Source: Verrucomicrobiota bacterium
GTDB taxonomy: Bacteria > Verrucomicrobiota > Verrucomicrobiia > Chthoniobacterales > UBA10450
Assembly (NCBI GenBank): GCA_046732175.1
Contig: JBKPMO010000001.1
Location: 11,310-75,309, forward strand
Direction: 5' to 3'
DNA length: 64,000 nucleotides
The notes below the pieces were generated by a model. The model was not told the DNA's origin and made no database searches. It was given only the letters and a program-made list of their open reading frames with translations. Below are positions 16,987 to 26,998 of the stretch, piece by piece. Numbering within the stretch: the stretch's first letter is position 1; each line of letters opens with the position of its first letter. Both the position numbers and the translations under genes were made by a program.

Positions 16987-17454
16987 ATGAAGACGTTTTT
17001 TGTCATGATGATAGTTGCTGGTCTGGTTTCCGGCGCCGCCGGGCAACCTCTCGATACGGCGGAGAACGTTGCCAAGAAGACGGCGGAGAAAACGAAGGAG
17101 GCCGCTCACACGGTCGCGCATGGCGTGAAGAAGGCGGCCGATAAGGTAGAAGATGCGCTCACTCCCGATGCTGACGCTCGACGCGTGGATGTGACGGTAA
17201 ACGATGGCGAGGTCAATATGTCGAGCGATCTCGAACCTGGGAAGACTGCATTCGTGGTCAAGAATGAAGGCAAAACTACCACGAACTTCGAGGTCACAGG
17301 CGGAAACACCGATCGCAAGTTCGTTGTTCCGCCGGGTCCTGGGGAAACTAAAGTGCTGCATGTAACCCTGAAGAGCGGCAAAACCTACACCGTTTATTCG
17401 ACGAACAAGGACGACGGAAAGCGGACGAAGAAGATGACGTTGAACGTGAAGTAA
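16987..17454 (+). CDS. Secreted protein, possible cupredoxin-like beta-sandwich without metal ligands
   Basis: Signal peptide MKTFFVMMIVAGLVSGAAG. The C-terminal half resembles EfeO-N/cupredoxin_1-type strands (V.V.DG......L..GK..F.V.N.G....FEV) but has no Cys. Confidence 0.5.
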   Translation: MKTFFVMMIVAGLVSGAAGQPLDTAENVAKKTAEKTKEAAHTVAHGVKKAADKVEDALTPDADARRVDVTVNDGEVNMSSDLEPGKTAFVVKNEGKTTTNFEVTGGNTDRKFVVPPGPGETKVLHVTLKSGKTYTVYSTNKDDGKRTKKMTLNVK

Positions 17455-17572
17455 ACGCGGAGAAGGCGCGGGACCACTGCTAGAAGACTAAGGACTACAA
17501 GCACCCGGGCACGAGCTCATGATCTCGCTCGGTTCGGTTCGCCTTCGACAGCATATCGGCATAGAGTGATTC

Positions 17573-17770
17573 ATGAAAACCTTGGTGTTATTTACTGCAG
17601 GCGCCATGGGAGCAATAATGTTGTCGGCCTGCGCTACGCATGAAACGACGACGACCACCACTGCTAATCCGGCCCGCCGGACTTACAGCAGGAGCGAGCT
17701 GAACCAGACCGGGCAGCCAGACACCGCTGGCGCGATTCAGGCGGTCGATTCGAGCGCGCAAATACGCTAA
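17573..17770 (+). CDS. Small lipoprotein (hypothetical)
   Basis: Lipobox-like MLSAC followed by a Thr-rich linker. 65 aa. Confidence 0.45.
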   Translation: MKTLVLFTAGAMGAIMLSACATHETTTTTTANPARRTYSRSELNQTGQPDTAGAIQAVDSSAQIR

Positions 17771-18102
17771 ACCAGGGCGGCGGCCGCGTTAGCGTCTTTC
17801 GATTAAGTCCTAACGTCGCATCTGGAATCCAGTTTCTGGAATGCGCGCTGAGCGACCAATCGTCTTTATTTCTGTTCTCCTTCTGAGCGACTGCTCTTGC
17901 GCTGCCCGGTTCGCACCACGCAGACATTACTCAACTCGTCCTGCCACGCTGCCAGCTTGTTTAACGCAGCTCGCGATCCACTTCCCAGTGGTCTCCAAAG
18001 TTGGGCCGGCGACAGCGTGCTAGTATCATTGTCGGGAACCGAACCCGTGACCGCCGTTTCGTTTAGAAAAGGCGGTTTCTCATGTTCTTCCTATAAGCGC
18101 CG

Positions 18103-20220
18103 TTGTTGACCAGCGAACTTAGAGGAACCATTATTGCCCTGGCCAAGCGACAGCTCATGGATTATCCACGTTTCTCGCGCATTCTCGCGCTCGTCGCTCT
18201 GACGGTGCTTTATTTTCTGGCGGGCAAGCTGGGATTGCATCTCGCCTTTGTTCACGCGAGTGCTTCGCCGGTTTGGCCGCCGGCAGGAATCGCTCTTGCG
18301 GCTTTGCTGGTATTCGGTTACGGCACGTGGCCGGCCATTTTCCTGGCCGCGTTCTTAGTTAACGTGACGACGTTTGGTAACGTCGCCACTTCATTGGCAA
18401 TCGGTGCTGGGAATACGTTGGAAGCAGTTTGCGGGGCTTGGCTGATCAATCGTTTTGCAAACGGCACATTCCTTTTTGATCGCGCCCAGGACGTTTTCAA
18501 GTTTGCCTTTGCCGCCGTCATCAGCACAGCGGTGAGCCCAAGCATTGGCCTGACCAGTCTCGCGCTCGCTGGTTACGCGAATTGGAGTGATTACGTACCG
18601 ATTTGGACCACTTGGTGGCTGGGAGATGCCACCGGCGATCTGATTTTTGCGCCAATCATAATTCTTTGGGCGGTAAAACCACGTTGGCGGTGGCACGGAA
18701 GGAAAGATGTGGAGGTAACCCTGATCCTGCTTCTCTTGCTGGCGGTCGGCGAAGCGATTTTCGGCGGTTGGCTACCGATCAGCGCCAAGAATTATCCAGT
18801 CGCATTTGTTTGCGGGCCGATCCTGATCTGGATGGCATTCCGTATGTCGCAGCGCGAAACCGCCACCGGAATATTCATTCTTTCGGCAATCGCCATCTGG
18901 GGCACGGTGCGGAACTTCGGTCCTTTTGTGATGGAAACGGAGAATCAGTCGCTGCTGATTTTGCAGAGTTCAACGGCGGTGTTGACCCTAACGGCGATGG
19001 CGCTGGCTGCAGCCATGGCTGAACGGCGTCGGATCGAGGCGGACCTGGAAGCGCAAAAGGCGTTAGTCGAAGCGGCTAACCGGACGAAGGATAATTTTCT
19101 GGCCATGCTTTCACATGAATTGCGAACGCCGCTCTCACCGGTTTTGCTGGCGGTGGAGAATTTGCAGAACGATTGGCCAAAGAGGCCCGAGATCGCTTCA
19201 GCATTGGAAATGATCCGGCGTAACATTCGGGTTGAGCAACATCTGATTGACGATTTGCTGGACGTGACGCGGATCAGCAAAGGGAAGCTGGCATTAAACC
19301 TGACGAGTGTGGACGTTCACGGGCAGATCCGTAACGTGGTGGAGACATGCCGAAGTGAATGGGCGGGAAAAAAGATTCGAATGCAGTTGGATCTCACGGC
19401 CGGCGATCGTTTCGTCGTAGCCGATGAAGCGAGGTTTCAACAGATTGTTTGGAACCTGGTCCAAAACGCGATCAAGTTTAGTCGCGAGGAAGGTGTGGTC
19501 GTGATTTCGACCGTGAACGAATCGCCCGGAGAGCTAACGATATTTGTGCAAGATCACGGTATTGGAATCGAGCCTGAAGCGATGGAAAGAATTTTCAACC
19601 CCTTTGAACAGGGGGAGCGTTCCTTGAAGCGGCGTTTTGGCGGACTCGGACTTGGCCTGGCTATTTCCAAATCGCTGGCCGAAGCCCATGCCGCCACATT
19701 GACTGCCACGAGCGAGGGATTGAATCGAGGAGCGACATTTAAGCTGACAATCAAAACTTCTGCCCTGGTAGCTCACGAAGGAGCGATATCTTTGCCGGTC
19801 GAAGGGCAGCCCTCAAAGGCGCTGCGGATTTTGTTAGTCGACGATCACATCGACACCTGCACCGTCATGGCAAAGCTACTGGCAGCCCGGGGGCACAAGG
19901 TAACCGTTGCACACGATATGAAGTCAGCGCTCGAGAAAGTTGAACCTGACAGATTTGACGTGCTCATTAGCGATGTCGGCTTGCCCGATGGAAGTGGCAT
20001 GGATCTGATGGCAAAATCGAGAGACATGCTCGTCGGAATCGCAATGAGCGGATTCGGGACGGAGGCAGATGCGACGCGCAGTCTGCGCGCAGGATTCTCC
20101 CAGCACTTAGTTAAGCCGGTGACAATGGAGAAGCTCGATGCCGCGCTACAAACCGTGATGAAGCAATCGTGGCCAGAAAGGCAACGTATCCAGCGGCAGG
20201 CGGTTAGGAGTCAAAGATAG
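18103..20220 (+). CDS. MASE1-domain hybrid sensor histidine kinase (MASE1-HisKA-HATPase-REC)
   Basis: MASE1-like membrane region (LAGKLGL.LAF.HASASPVWPPAGIALAALL), H-box SHELRTPLSPV, GLGLGLAISK, and a receiver domain (ILLVDDH ... SDVGLPDGSG ... KP). The track start is TTG 18103. An ATG at 18157 is an alternative. Confidence 0.9.
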   Translation: MLTSELRGTIIALAKRQLMDYPRFSRILALVALTVLYFLAGKLGLHLAFVHASASPVWPPAGIALAALLVFGYGTWPAIFLAAFLVNVTTFGNVATSLAIGAGNTLEAVCGAWLINRFANGTFLFDRAQDVFKFAFAAVISTAVSPSIGLTSLALAGYANWSDYVPIWTTWWLGDATGDLIFAPIIILWAVKPRWRWHGRKDVEVTLILLLLLAVGEAIFGGWLPISAKNYPVAFVCGPILIWMAFRMSQRETATGIFILSAIAIWGTVRNFGPFVMETENQSLLILQSSTAVLTLTAMALAAAMAERRRIEADLEAQKALVEAANRTKDNFLAMLSHELRTPLSPVLLAVENLQNDWPKRPEIASALEMIRRNIRVEQHLIDDLLDVTRISKGKLALNLTSVDVHGQIRNVVETCRSEWAGKKIRMQLDLTAGDRFVVADEARFQQIVWNLVQNAIKFSREEGVVVISTVNESPGELTIFVQDHGIGIEPEAMERIFNPFEQGERSLKRRFGGLGLGLAISKSLAEAHAATLTATSEGLNRGATFKLTIKTSALVAHEGAISLPVEGQPSKALRILLVDDHIDTCTVMAKLLAARGHKVTVAHDMKSALEKVEPDRFDVLISDVGLPDGSGMDLMAKSRDMLVGIAMSGFGTEADATRSLRAGFSQHLVKPVTMEKLDAALQTVMKQSWPERQRIQRQAVRSQR

Positions 20221-20229
20221 GCCTCATCA

Positions 20230-20457
20230 TTAATTCCTATTAGAACTATTTCGGACGCCTGGAGAATCCGCGACGGAGCACAACGCGTCCGCGTTCATTA
20301 GTTTGTCCTCGAGCATCACCTTTCGCGTCTGTCGTGGATCGCAGAGGCGCTGCGACGGGTCGTCGTCCACCAAAACCAGATCGGCAGTCTTACCCAGCCC
20401 TTTTTCCTGTCCTGATAATAGTAAGTCTTGTTGCATGCATTTTTCTGAAAGGCCCAA
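20230..20457 (-). pseudogene. Possible C-terminal remnant of an amidohydrolase
   Basis: The ORF contains GQEKGLGKTADLVLVDDDPSQRLCDPRQTRKVMLEDKLM. This resembles the G.I..GK.ADL......DP........R.VM..G tail seen intact in the 7580-8950 gene. No catalytic body is present. Confidence 0.3.
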
Positions 20458-20519
20458 ACGCTGACAAGCTGAAACCTGCTACGTTTTCGGGATATGGCCG
20501 CAGGCAGCGCATACTTAAC

Positions 20520-21005
20520 ATGGAACACCGAGCAAAGACATTAAGAATCCGACCGATGGTTGAAGCGGATGCCGAAGTAGTCGCGGAACTGGCGACGGAG
20601 CTGGGTTATCCTAACGAGATTGAGGCAATACGCAGGCGGATTCGCCCGATCGGGGAAGCGGATCTGTTGCTGGTCGCGGCCGACGCAAGTAACAAGCCTG
20701 TTGGATTTGTCCAAGCCCATCGGGTCTGCATCATCGAGGTGGGGTTTCGAGTCGAAATTCTTGGACTAGTGGTGTCATCAATTGCGCGGCGGGAGGGAAT
20801 CGCGCGGATGTTAATCGGGGAAGTGGAACTCTGGGCAAAGAAGAGCGACGCTGAAGTCGTATCGGTGCGCAGCAATACCAAACGGGCTGAGGCACACTTA
20901 TTCTATCCAGCGATGGGCTACAAACAGATCAAAACGCAGGCCGTGTATGAGAAGCGTAGAGGAGGAGGAGGAGGAGCAAGCGGCTCGAAGAAAGTGAGAG
21001 GTTAG
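20520..21005 (+). CDS. GNAT-family acetyltransferase with a Gly-rich tail
   Basis: Start moved to ATG 20520 (MEHRAKTLRIRPM). The core motif is VV....RREGIAR.L. The tail RRGGGGGASG is encoded by (GAG)6. Confidence 0.75.
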   Translation: MEHRAKTLRIRPMVEADAEVVAELATELGYPNEIEAIRRRIRPIGEADLLLVAADASNKPVGFVQAHRVCIIEVGFRVEILGLVVSSIARREGIARMLIGEVELWAKKSDAEVVSVRSNTKRAEAHLFYPAMGYKQIKTQAVYEKRRGGGGGASGSKKVRG

Positions 21006-21065
21006 CGATCACAGATCAGCAATCGGTAATCAGCGAATCCATCATTTCTCGATCGTCTCGTCAAC

Positions 21066-21518
21066 ATGCTATCTTTCGCAATGAGCGAGAAGATTCGTGG
21101 CAGTTGCCTGTGTGGCGAAGTCAAGTTTGAGGTCGAACCTCCTTTTATTCAGGCGAACCATTGTCACTGTGATCGCTGCCGGAAACATTCCGGCACATCC
21201 GTGTGCACACAGGCGCGGGTGTGGCGACGACAGTTTCATCTCATACAAGGCGAAGAATTGATCAAGGTCTATGGCAAAGGCGAAGGCGCAGTGAAGGCAT
21301 TTTGCAGCAACTGCGGCTCGAGTTTGTTCGGCGGGGAATGGCCCGATGGCGACCAAGTTTCAATCCGCATGGGGGCGTTTGACGATGATCCCGGGATCCG
21401 GCCCCAATTCCACACCTTCGTCGAATGCCGCGCGCCGTGGGACACGATTACGGACGATCTACCGCAGTATGCGGAGGGTAAACGCAAGAGCTTAGAAGTA
21501 TATGATGGTGAACGTTGA
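21066..21518 (+). CDS. GFA/CENP-V family (glutathione-dependent formaldehyde-activating enzyme-like) Zn protein
   Basis: GSCLCG.V.F, HCHC..CRK.SG, CS.CGS.LF. Confidence 0.85.
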   Translation: MLSFAMSEKIRGSCLCGEVKFEVEPPFIQANHCHCDRCRKHSGTSVCTQARVWRRQFHLIQGEELIKVYGKGEGAVKAFCSNCGSSLFGGEWPDGDQVSIRMGAFDDDPGIRPQFHTFVECRAPWDTITDDLPQYAEGKRKSLEVYDGER

Positions 21519-22138
21519 TTGATGATCGGCTTTCGGGATCCAACCAATTGATCAGCCGGTGGCCAGATCGCAGCGGAAAAAGCCGAACGTTCATTTCAAA
21601 CGCTTTCGCGAACAGGCAATCGAACGCCCTTCGCGGGATTAACGCTAGTCGGCGATCACGGCAACGCCTGTGACATCTCCGACAGATACTAGGTTAGGCG
21701 GGGTCGTTGTTTCGGTCCGCCATCGATGACGATTCCGTCGCTGAAAGAGGCGGTTTTTGTCACCTGAAACAACACGTCATCGACGATGAGGCCATTGGCA
21801 ACGGTGCCGTCATCAAGATCTGAGAAATCGATCACCACCGCTTCAGGAGCGAAGCCAAGTAGACCGATTGAGGTAAGAGCGCCGTGGCTGAGAAGTGTGG
21901 ACTGAGGACGGTTTTATAATATTCGTAAAGAAATATACGATTGAGTTCGCGTAAGCACGGGTTAAGCATAGCGGGACAATCACCCGTATTATCTAAAATT
22001 ACCATAACAAATTCCTATCATTTCTGGTTGAAAGTGGCAATTTTTATCAAATTTCTTGTTGTGTGAGAATGTTTCCCGATAGCTTCCGCGGCAGTTCCTG
22101 CCCGGTTTTGCCAGTCAACCCAATTATCTACTCGAATT

Positions 22139-22483
22139 GTGATGTTATTCCGCACTTACTATTATATTTTTGTCATTTTCATAAGTTTAGTCTCAGGTAA
22201 CGCTCTCTACGCAGCTACAGCAACGCCTACTCCGACGCCTGCGACTCGAAGCGTTTCCTTTAAATGGAATGCATCCCCCTCACCGGAACTCGTAGGTTAC
22301 AAAATTTTCTGGGGTACGGGTAGCCACAATTACCAGAATGTGCGCGACGTGAAGAATGTGCGGACGACATCGCTTACACTTTCGCAAACAAGCAAATATT
22401 ACGTTTCTGTTGTCGCATACAGCATGACGGCCACCAGCTGGTTTAGCAACGAAGTCATCGTCCCCGCAGCGTCCGGTGGGTAA
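22139..22483 (+). CDS. Small secreted fibronectin-type-III-like protein in an AT-rich islet
   Basis: Hydrophobic N-terminus, a TPTPTP linker, then V.F.W.AS....VGYKIFWG..S..Y.......V.T.SL.L.....YYV.VVAY......S..SNEV. Confidence 0.5.
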   Translation: MMLFRTYYYIFVIFISLVSGNALYAATATPTPTPATRSVSFKWNASPSPELVGYKIFWGTGSHNYQNVRDVKNVRTTSLTLSQTSKYYVSVVAYSMTATSWFSNEVIVPAASGG

Positions 22484-22626
22484 AGAACCCCCGTCTTGCA
22501 AAGACCGTGCGTTGCGTGCCCGCTTATCATTAGGCGCGATCGCTTGTTCGTCTGCAGTTTCGTTCTCGCCAGTTCACTTCACGCGTGTCACAAGATTAGA
22601 CAATTCGAAGTTGTCTCTCTTACAAC

Positions 22627-23562
22627 TTAATTAAAGAATGAGCGGATTCTCTCGTAACGCTTTCCCCCACCTATCCCCTTTACCCGCTGCAGGTCATCGG
22701 CGCTTTTGAACGGACGCGAGTCAATAATTCGTTGCGCGACGACCGGCCCAATGCCCGGAATATTCTGAAGTTCGGCCAGTGACGCCGTATTTACGTCGAG
22801 TTTGGTTTGCGGAAGCGATGCTGCCGTTGTCGGAGTGGTTTCCTCAGAAGGCAATGACGCGACCGGTGCGGAGGTCGCGGGTGTTGCTGCTGCGACTGGT
22901 AGGGGCGCCTCACCAGCGGGATGGAAAAATTTGTCGAAGGGGTCGATTCCCTTTTCGCTTTCCGGCTGTTGCGTGCGAGTCGCCATCCGATTCTCCTTAG
23001 CTCCCCAGCCGCCAACCTTTTCGCGCTTCGCCTTTTGTTCCAAGGCCATTAGTTTTTGCCATTCGGCCGCGGCCGACGTTAAGCCCTCTGGCTTGGCCGT
23101 TGCCGGATGACTCCGAGCCAGACCATTCTCAACCAGCTGCTCGCCCAGATCGCCCGTTCGCGTTTGGACAAAGGCATAGAAGCGTTGCATTCGGCTGCGC
23201 CCGCCGGCGTCTTCCCAACACGTCCGCACTAGAAATGGTTCTGTCAGCTTCTCGCGGGTAAACTGTTTGGCCAAGTCGCCGACTTCCAAGACTTGGTCGA
23301 CGGTAACGCCGAAATATTTCGCCTGCTCTTCCACCCGGTCGCGAAACTCGGCGCTGGTTTCGGGAGCATCGACAAAATAAAGTCGGAAGATGTATTCGTG
23401 TCCTTCGACACTGACGTGAAAACTGTCGCCATCATTTGGTCGTTTGATCAGATAATGACCGCCCTGCAACGTGACCCAGGGCGAATGGGCAAACGAATTT
23501 GTGGTGCTCGCCGCAAACACGAATGCGCTGATGAGAAGAGAGCGAATGAACTTATGTTTCAT
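22627..23562 (-). CDS. Secreted thermonuclease (SNase-like) fused to a C-terminal ComEA-type helix-hairpin-helix DNA-binding domain
   Basis: Signal peptide, then the SNase motifs NDGDSFHV and FRLYFVDAPET. A Pro/Thr/Ala linker leads to LDVNTASLAELQNIPGIGPVVAQRIIDSRPFKSADDLQRVKGIG. Confidence 0.85.
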   Translation of the reverse strand: MKHKFIRSLLISAFVFAASTTNSFAHSPWVTLQGGHYLIKRPNDGDSFHVSVEGHEYIFRLYFVDAPETSAEFRDRVEEQAKYFGVTVDQVLEVGDLAKQFTREKLTEPFLVRTCWEDAGGRSRMQRFYAFVQTRTGDLGEQLVENGLARSHPATAKPEGLTSAAAEWQKLMALEQKAKREKVGGWGAKENRMATRTQQPESEKGIDPFDKFFHPAGEAPLPVAAATPATSAPVASLPSEETTPTTAASLPQTKLDVNTASLAELQNIPGIGPVVAQRIIDSRPFKSADDLQRVKGIGGGKRYERIRSFFN

Positions 23563-24026
23563 TGGGCAGACGATTGCTCTTGCTCCCGTTGCCAGATCTG
23601 CCGGCGGCCGATCGCAGGTATACCGATATAACCGCGCACCTCAAGCTTCTGGCCGCTACCGAGAAGCGTAAGGATCACGCGATAGATCCTACCATTCTCT
23701 GGATCGAGGATTTCTCCGTCTTCCCACGAAGCACCATTCTTTTTCGCACCCCACAAAATCGTCATCCCTTCGACGGGTTGATCCTTGCGTTCGCCCTCGC
23801 ACGGTTTGCAAATGGGATGCGGACCGGCAGGCGATTCGAGCACCTCTAGCACTTTGCCGGTTAGTTCGCCATTTTCTTCTGTGATTTGCACAATCGATTT
23901 CGCCCGGCCGGTTTTGTCATCGAAGGTTTTCCATTTTCCGACAGGCGAATCGCTCTCCGCCGCAGTCATCAACAACGCGACCCCGCAAATTACCAGCAAC
24001 AGTCCGCGGATTATCCAGCTCATCAA
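23559..24026 (-). CDS. DUF2147 domain protein (secreted)
   Basis: G.W.T.DD.TG..KS.V.I....G...GK...... C..C.G.......G..I......W.DG.I.DP..G..Y. Overlaps the nuclease gene by 4 nt. Confidence 0.75.
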   Translation of the reverse strand: MMSWIIRGLLLVICGVALLMTAAESDSPVGKWKTFDDKTGRAKSIVQITEENGELTGKVLEVLESPAGPHPICKPCEGERKDQPVEGMTILWGAKKNGASWEDGEILDPENGRIYRVILTLLGSGQKLEVRGYIGIPAIGRRQIWQREQEQSSAQ

Positions 24027-24035
24027 TGATTACCA

Positions 24036-24953
24036 TTACGCCAGCACCTCGAATTGACTCATCATTTTGAACATTTGATAACGGTCGGCAATTTCATCCT
24101 GAGTCAATTTGCGCAGCCGTTCGAGGCTGAAGGCTTCCACGCAAAAACTCGCCATGACACTGCCATAGATGATCGCTTTGCGCAGCAGCTCAAAAGTAAC
24201 GGTTTGTTTGGCATGCGCCGCCAGATAACCGGCGAGCCCACCGGCGAACGTGTCCCCAGCCCCGGTCGGATCGTGAATGTCCTCCAATGGATAGGCGCCG
24301 GCGCTGAAAAATTCATCCTCACCGAAGAGCAAAGCCCCGTGTTCGCCTTTCTTGATTGCGACGTAATGCGTTCCATAACCACGAATTTTTCGACCGGCGC
24401 GAATCAGGCTGGTTTCCTTCGTCATCTCGCGCGCTTCGCTATCGTTCAAAATCAACAGGTTGACTCGCGGCAACAAGGCATCGAGATCCGTGCGCGTGGT
24501 TTCGATCCAAAGATCCATCGTGTCGGCGACGATAAAACGAGGCCCGTCCATTTGATCGAGGACGTGGGACTGCAATTGGGGCGCGATGTTTGCCAACAGG
24601 ACGAAGGGTGTAGCGCGATAATTTGGGGGAAGTTCCGGCGAAAATGACTCGAAAACATTAAGCGCGATGGAGCGCGTCTCACGCGTGTTCAGGTCCCAGC
24701 CGTATTCGCCCGACCAGCGAAAAGTCTTCCCATTCGCTCGTTGAACGCCAGTAGCATCGATTTGATGCGTCTTCCAAAACTCGAATTCGTTCTCGGGAAA
24801 ATCATCACCCACTACGCCGACCAAATTCACTGGAGTAAAGAAGCTCGCCCCAAGAGCGGCGTATGACGCTGAGCCTCCCACTAAATCGGCGCGTTCCTCG
24901 ACCGGAGTCTTGACGGTATCGAGCGCAATGGAACCGACTACGAGCAGTGACAT
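24036..24953 (-). CDS. PfkB/ribokinase-family sugar or nucleoside kinase
   Basis: N-terminal GS.ALD, GG.A.N.A, and the C-terminal DPTGAGDTFAGG anion-hole/ATP motif. Confidence 0.85.
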   Translation of the reverse strand: MSLLVVGSIALDTVKTPVEERADLVGGSASYAALGASFFTPVNLVGVVGDDFPENEFEFWKTHQIDATGVQRANGKTFRWSGEYGWDLNTRETRSIALNVFESFSPELPPNYRATPFVLLANIAPQLQSHVLDQMDGPRFIVADTMDLWIETTRTDLDALLPRVNLLILNDSEAREMTKETSLIRAGRKIRGYGTHYVAIKKGEHGALLFGEDEFFSAGAYPLEDIHDPTGAGDTFAGGLAGYLAAHAKQTVTFELLRKAIIYGSVMASFCVEAFSLERLRKLTQDEIADRYQMFKMMSQFEVLA

Positions 24954-24957
24954 AAAG

Positions 24958-25608
24958 TCAGAGGCCAGAAATCACAGGCCGGAGATCGGTGACCAATTTT
25001 TTACAGGCACGAGTATAACCAACAACCTCGTTCGCTTGCAGCAAGCCGGAGACAATTACGACACGTCTCGCACCAGCGGCAAGTACTTGCCGGATATTTT
25101 CCAACTTGATCCCGCCGATGCAAAAAATGGGAATGGAAACGCGTTTGTGAACTTCGTGGATTTGCGAGAGCCCGATGGGCGAATAATCAGGTTTCGTCGG
25201 CGTGGGAAAAATTGGACCGAAACCAATGTAATCTGCGCCTTCGCGCTCGGCACCCAAGGCTTGTTCCGTGCTATGGGTCGATTTGCCGACAATAATGGGC
25301 CGCTCCACCTGTGCGCGAACGGCTTCAATCGATTCGTCATCCTGACCCACATGGACGCCCTGCACGTCCACGCGCTGTGCGATCTGAGCGTGGTCATTGG
25401 CGATGAGCGGAATTTCTGTCCGCGCGGTTAATCGCAAAAGTTTTTCCGCGAGTAAGGTCAATTCATCGATGCTCCGGTTTTTGCCGCGCAATTGCACAAT
25501 GTCGATTCCACCTGCGATCAATTTCTCGAGAATGCCCGGCGCATTTTCAGGACTGACGTAGCCGAGATCGATGATGCCATAAAGAAGGGCGTCCGTTGGC
25601 GAGCGCAC
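24958..25608 (-). CDS. thiE: Thiamine-phosphate synthase
   Basis: LYGI.D, VQLR.K, GVH.GQ.D, G.S.H, DYIGFGPIF.T.TK, IGGI. Confidence 0.9.
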   Translation of the reverse strand: MRSPTDALLYGIIDLGYVSPENAPGILEKLIAGGIDIVQLRGKNRSIDELTLLAEKLLRLTARTEIPLIANDHAQIAQRVDVQGVHVGQDDESIEAVRAQVERPIIVGKSTHSTEQALGAEREGADYIGFGPIFPTPTKPDYSPIGLSQIHEVHKRVSIPIFCIGGIKLENIRQVLAAGARRVVIVSGLLQANEVVGYTRACKKLVTDLRPVISGL

Positions 25609-25609
25609 C

Positions 25610-26995
25610 TTATTCGTGCAGACGGCCGGGTGTTGCGATCAATTCGAATTTGTCCGATGACATTAACCGCTCGACGAATCCGGTGTCGTATTTCCCCTGA
25701 CGAAATTCCATGCTCCGCATAATGGCGCCGTGAAATCCGACGGTGGTATTGATACCGGTGATGTAGTATTCGTCCAAGGCGCGCCGCATTCGGTCGATTG
25801 CGGATCCTCGTGATGCCCCGACTGCAATCAGCTTTGCGATTAACGAGTCATAGTACGGCGGAACGATGTATCCGGTATAAACATGAGAATCAACTCGGAT
25901 CCCGCGGCCACCCGGCGCATAATAAAACGCAATCTTTCCCGCCGATGGTTGGAAGTTCCTGGCCGGATCTTCGGCGTTGATCCGACATTGAATGGCATGC
26001 AGTCGGGGCGAAGCGTGCGCAACATGCTTGGAGAGACGTTCGCCGGCGGCGATGCGAATCTGTTCCTTCACCAGATCGCAACCGTAGACCTCCTCCGTAA
26101 TGGTATGCTCGACCTGGATGCGGGTGTTCATTTCCATGAAATAGAAATGGCCGGTGTTATCGACCAAAAATTCCATCGTCCCGGCATTTTGATAACCGAC
26201 GGCGTGTGCAAGTTTCACACAGGCGTGTCCCATTTTCTTGCGCAGGCCATCGGTCATTAGGGGCGATGGACATTCCTCAATTACTTTTTGATTGCGCCGC
26301 TGGATGGAACAATCGCGTTCGCCTAAATGCACGATGTGACCGTGCTTGTCCGCCACGATTTGAAATTCGATGTGGTGCGGATTGACGATGAGTTTTTCGA
26401 TATAAACATCGGGGTTGCCGAAAGCATTCTCCGCTTCCATGCGCGCCGCGTGGAACGCCGGCACAAACGAGGCGTCGTTGTGGGCCACCCGCATACCGCG
26501 TCCACCGCCTCCTGCTACCGCCTTGATCATAACCGGGTAGCCAATTTTCTTCGCCACCTTAAGCGCCTCGTTTTCATCAGGAACAACGCCGTCGCTTCCC
26601 GGGGTAACCGGCACACCGGCTTTACGCGCATATTGGCGCGCCAAATTCTTATCGCCCATCTTGCGCATCGCGCTGGCCGGCGGCCCGATAAAGTTAATGT
26701 TGCAGCTTTCGCACACTTCGGCGAAATGCGCGTTCTCCGCCAGAAACCCATAGCCGGGGTGGATCGCATCGACATCCCCCACTTCCGCTGCGCTCATAAT
26801 GCGATCAATTTTCAGATAACTTTCCGAGCTCGGCGGCGCGCCAATACAGATTGCTTCATCTGCCAGTTGCACGTGGAGCGAGTCCACATCGGCCTCCGAG
26901 TAGATCGCGAGAGTGCGGATACCGAGTTCTCGACAAGCCCGAATGACACGCAAAGCGATCTCGCCACGATTCGCGATTAAAACTTTCTCAAACAT
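25610..26995 (-). CDS. accC: Acetyl-CoA carboxylase, biotin carboxylase subunit
   Basis: [49 protein letters not shown]. Confidence 0.95.
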   Translation of the reverse strand: MFEKVLIANRGEIALRVIRACRELGIRTLAIYSEADVDSLHVQLADEAICIGAPPSSESYLKIDRIMSAAEVGDVDAIHPGYGFLAENAHFAEVCESCNINFIGPPASAMRKMGDKNLARQYARKAGVPVTPGSDGVVPDENEALKVAKKIGYPVMIKAVAGGGGRGMRVAHNDASFVPAFHAARMEAENAFGNPDVYIEKLIVNPHHIEFQIVADKHGHIVHLGERDCSIQRRNQKVIEECPSPLMTDGLRKKMGHACVKLAHAVGYQNAGTMEFLVDNTGHFYFMEMNTRIQVEHTITEEVYGCDLVKEQIRIAAGERLSKHVAHASPRLHAIQCRINAEDPARNFQPSAGKIAFYYAPGGRGIRVDSHVYTGYIVPPYYDSLIAKLIAVGASRGSAIDRMRRALDEYYITGINTTVGFHGAIMRSMEFRQGKYDTGFVERLMSSDKFELIATPGRLHE

Positions 26996-26998
26996 GAT

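Noticed and set aside
24958-25608. TPP riboswitch (THI-box) upstream of thiE
   Set aside because: thiE starts 1 nt after the accC stop, so there is no room for a leader. No CUGAGA/ACCUGA THI-box core was seen nearby.
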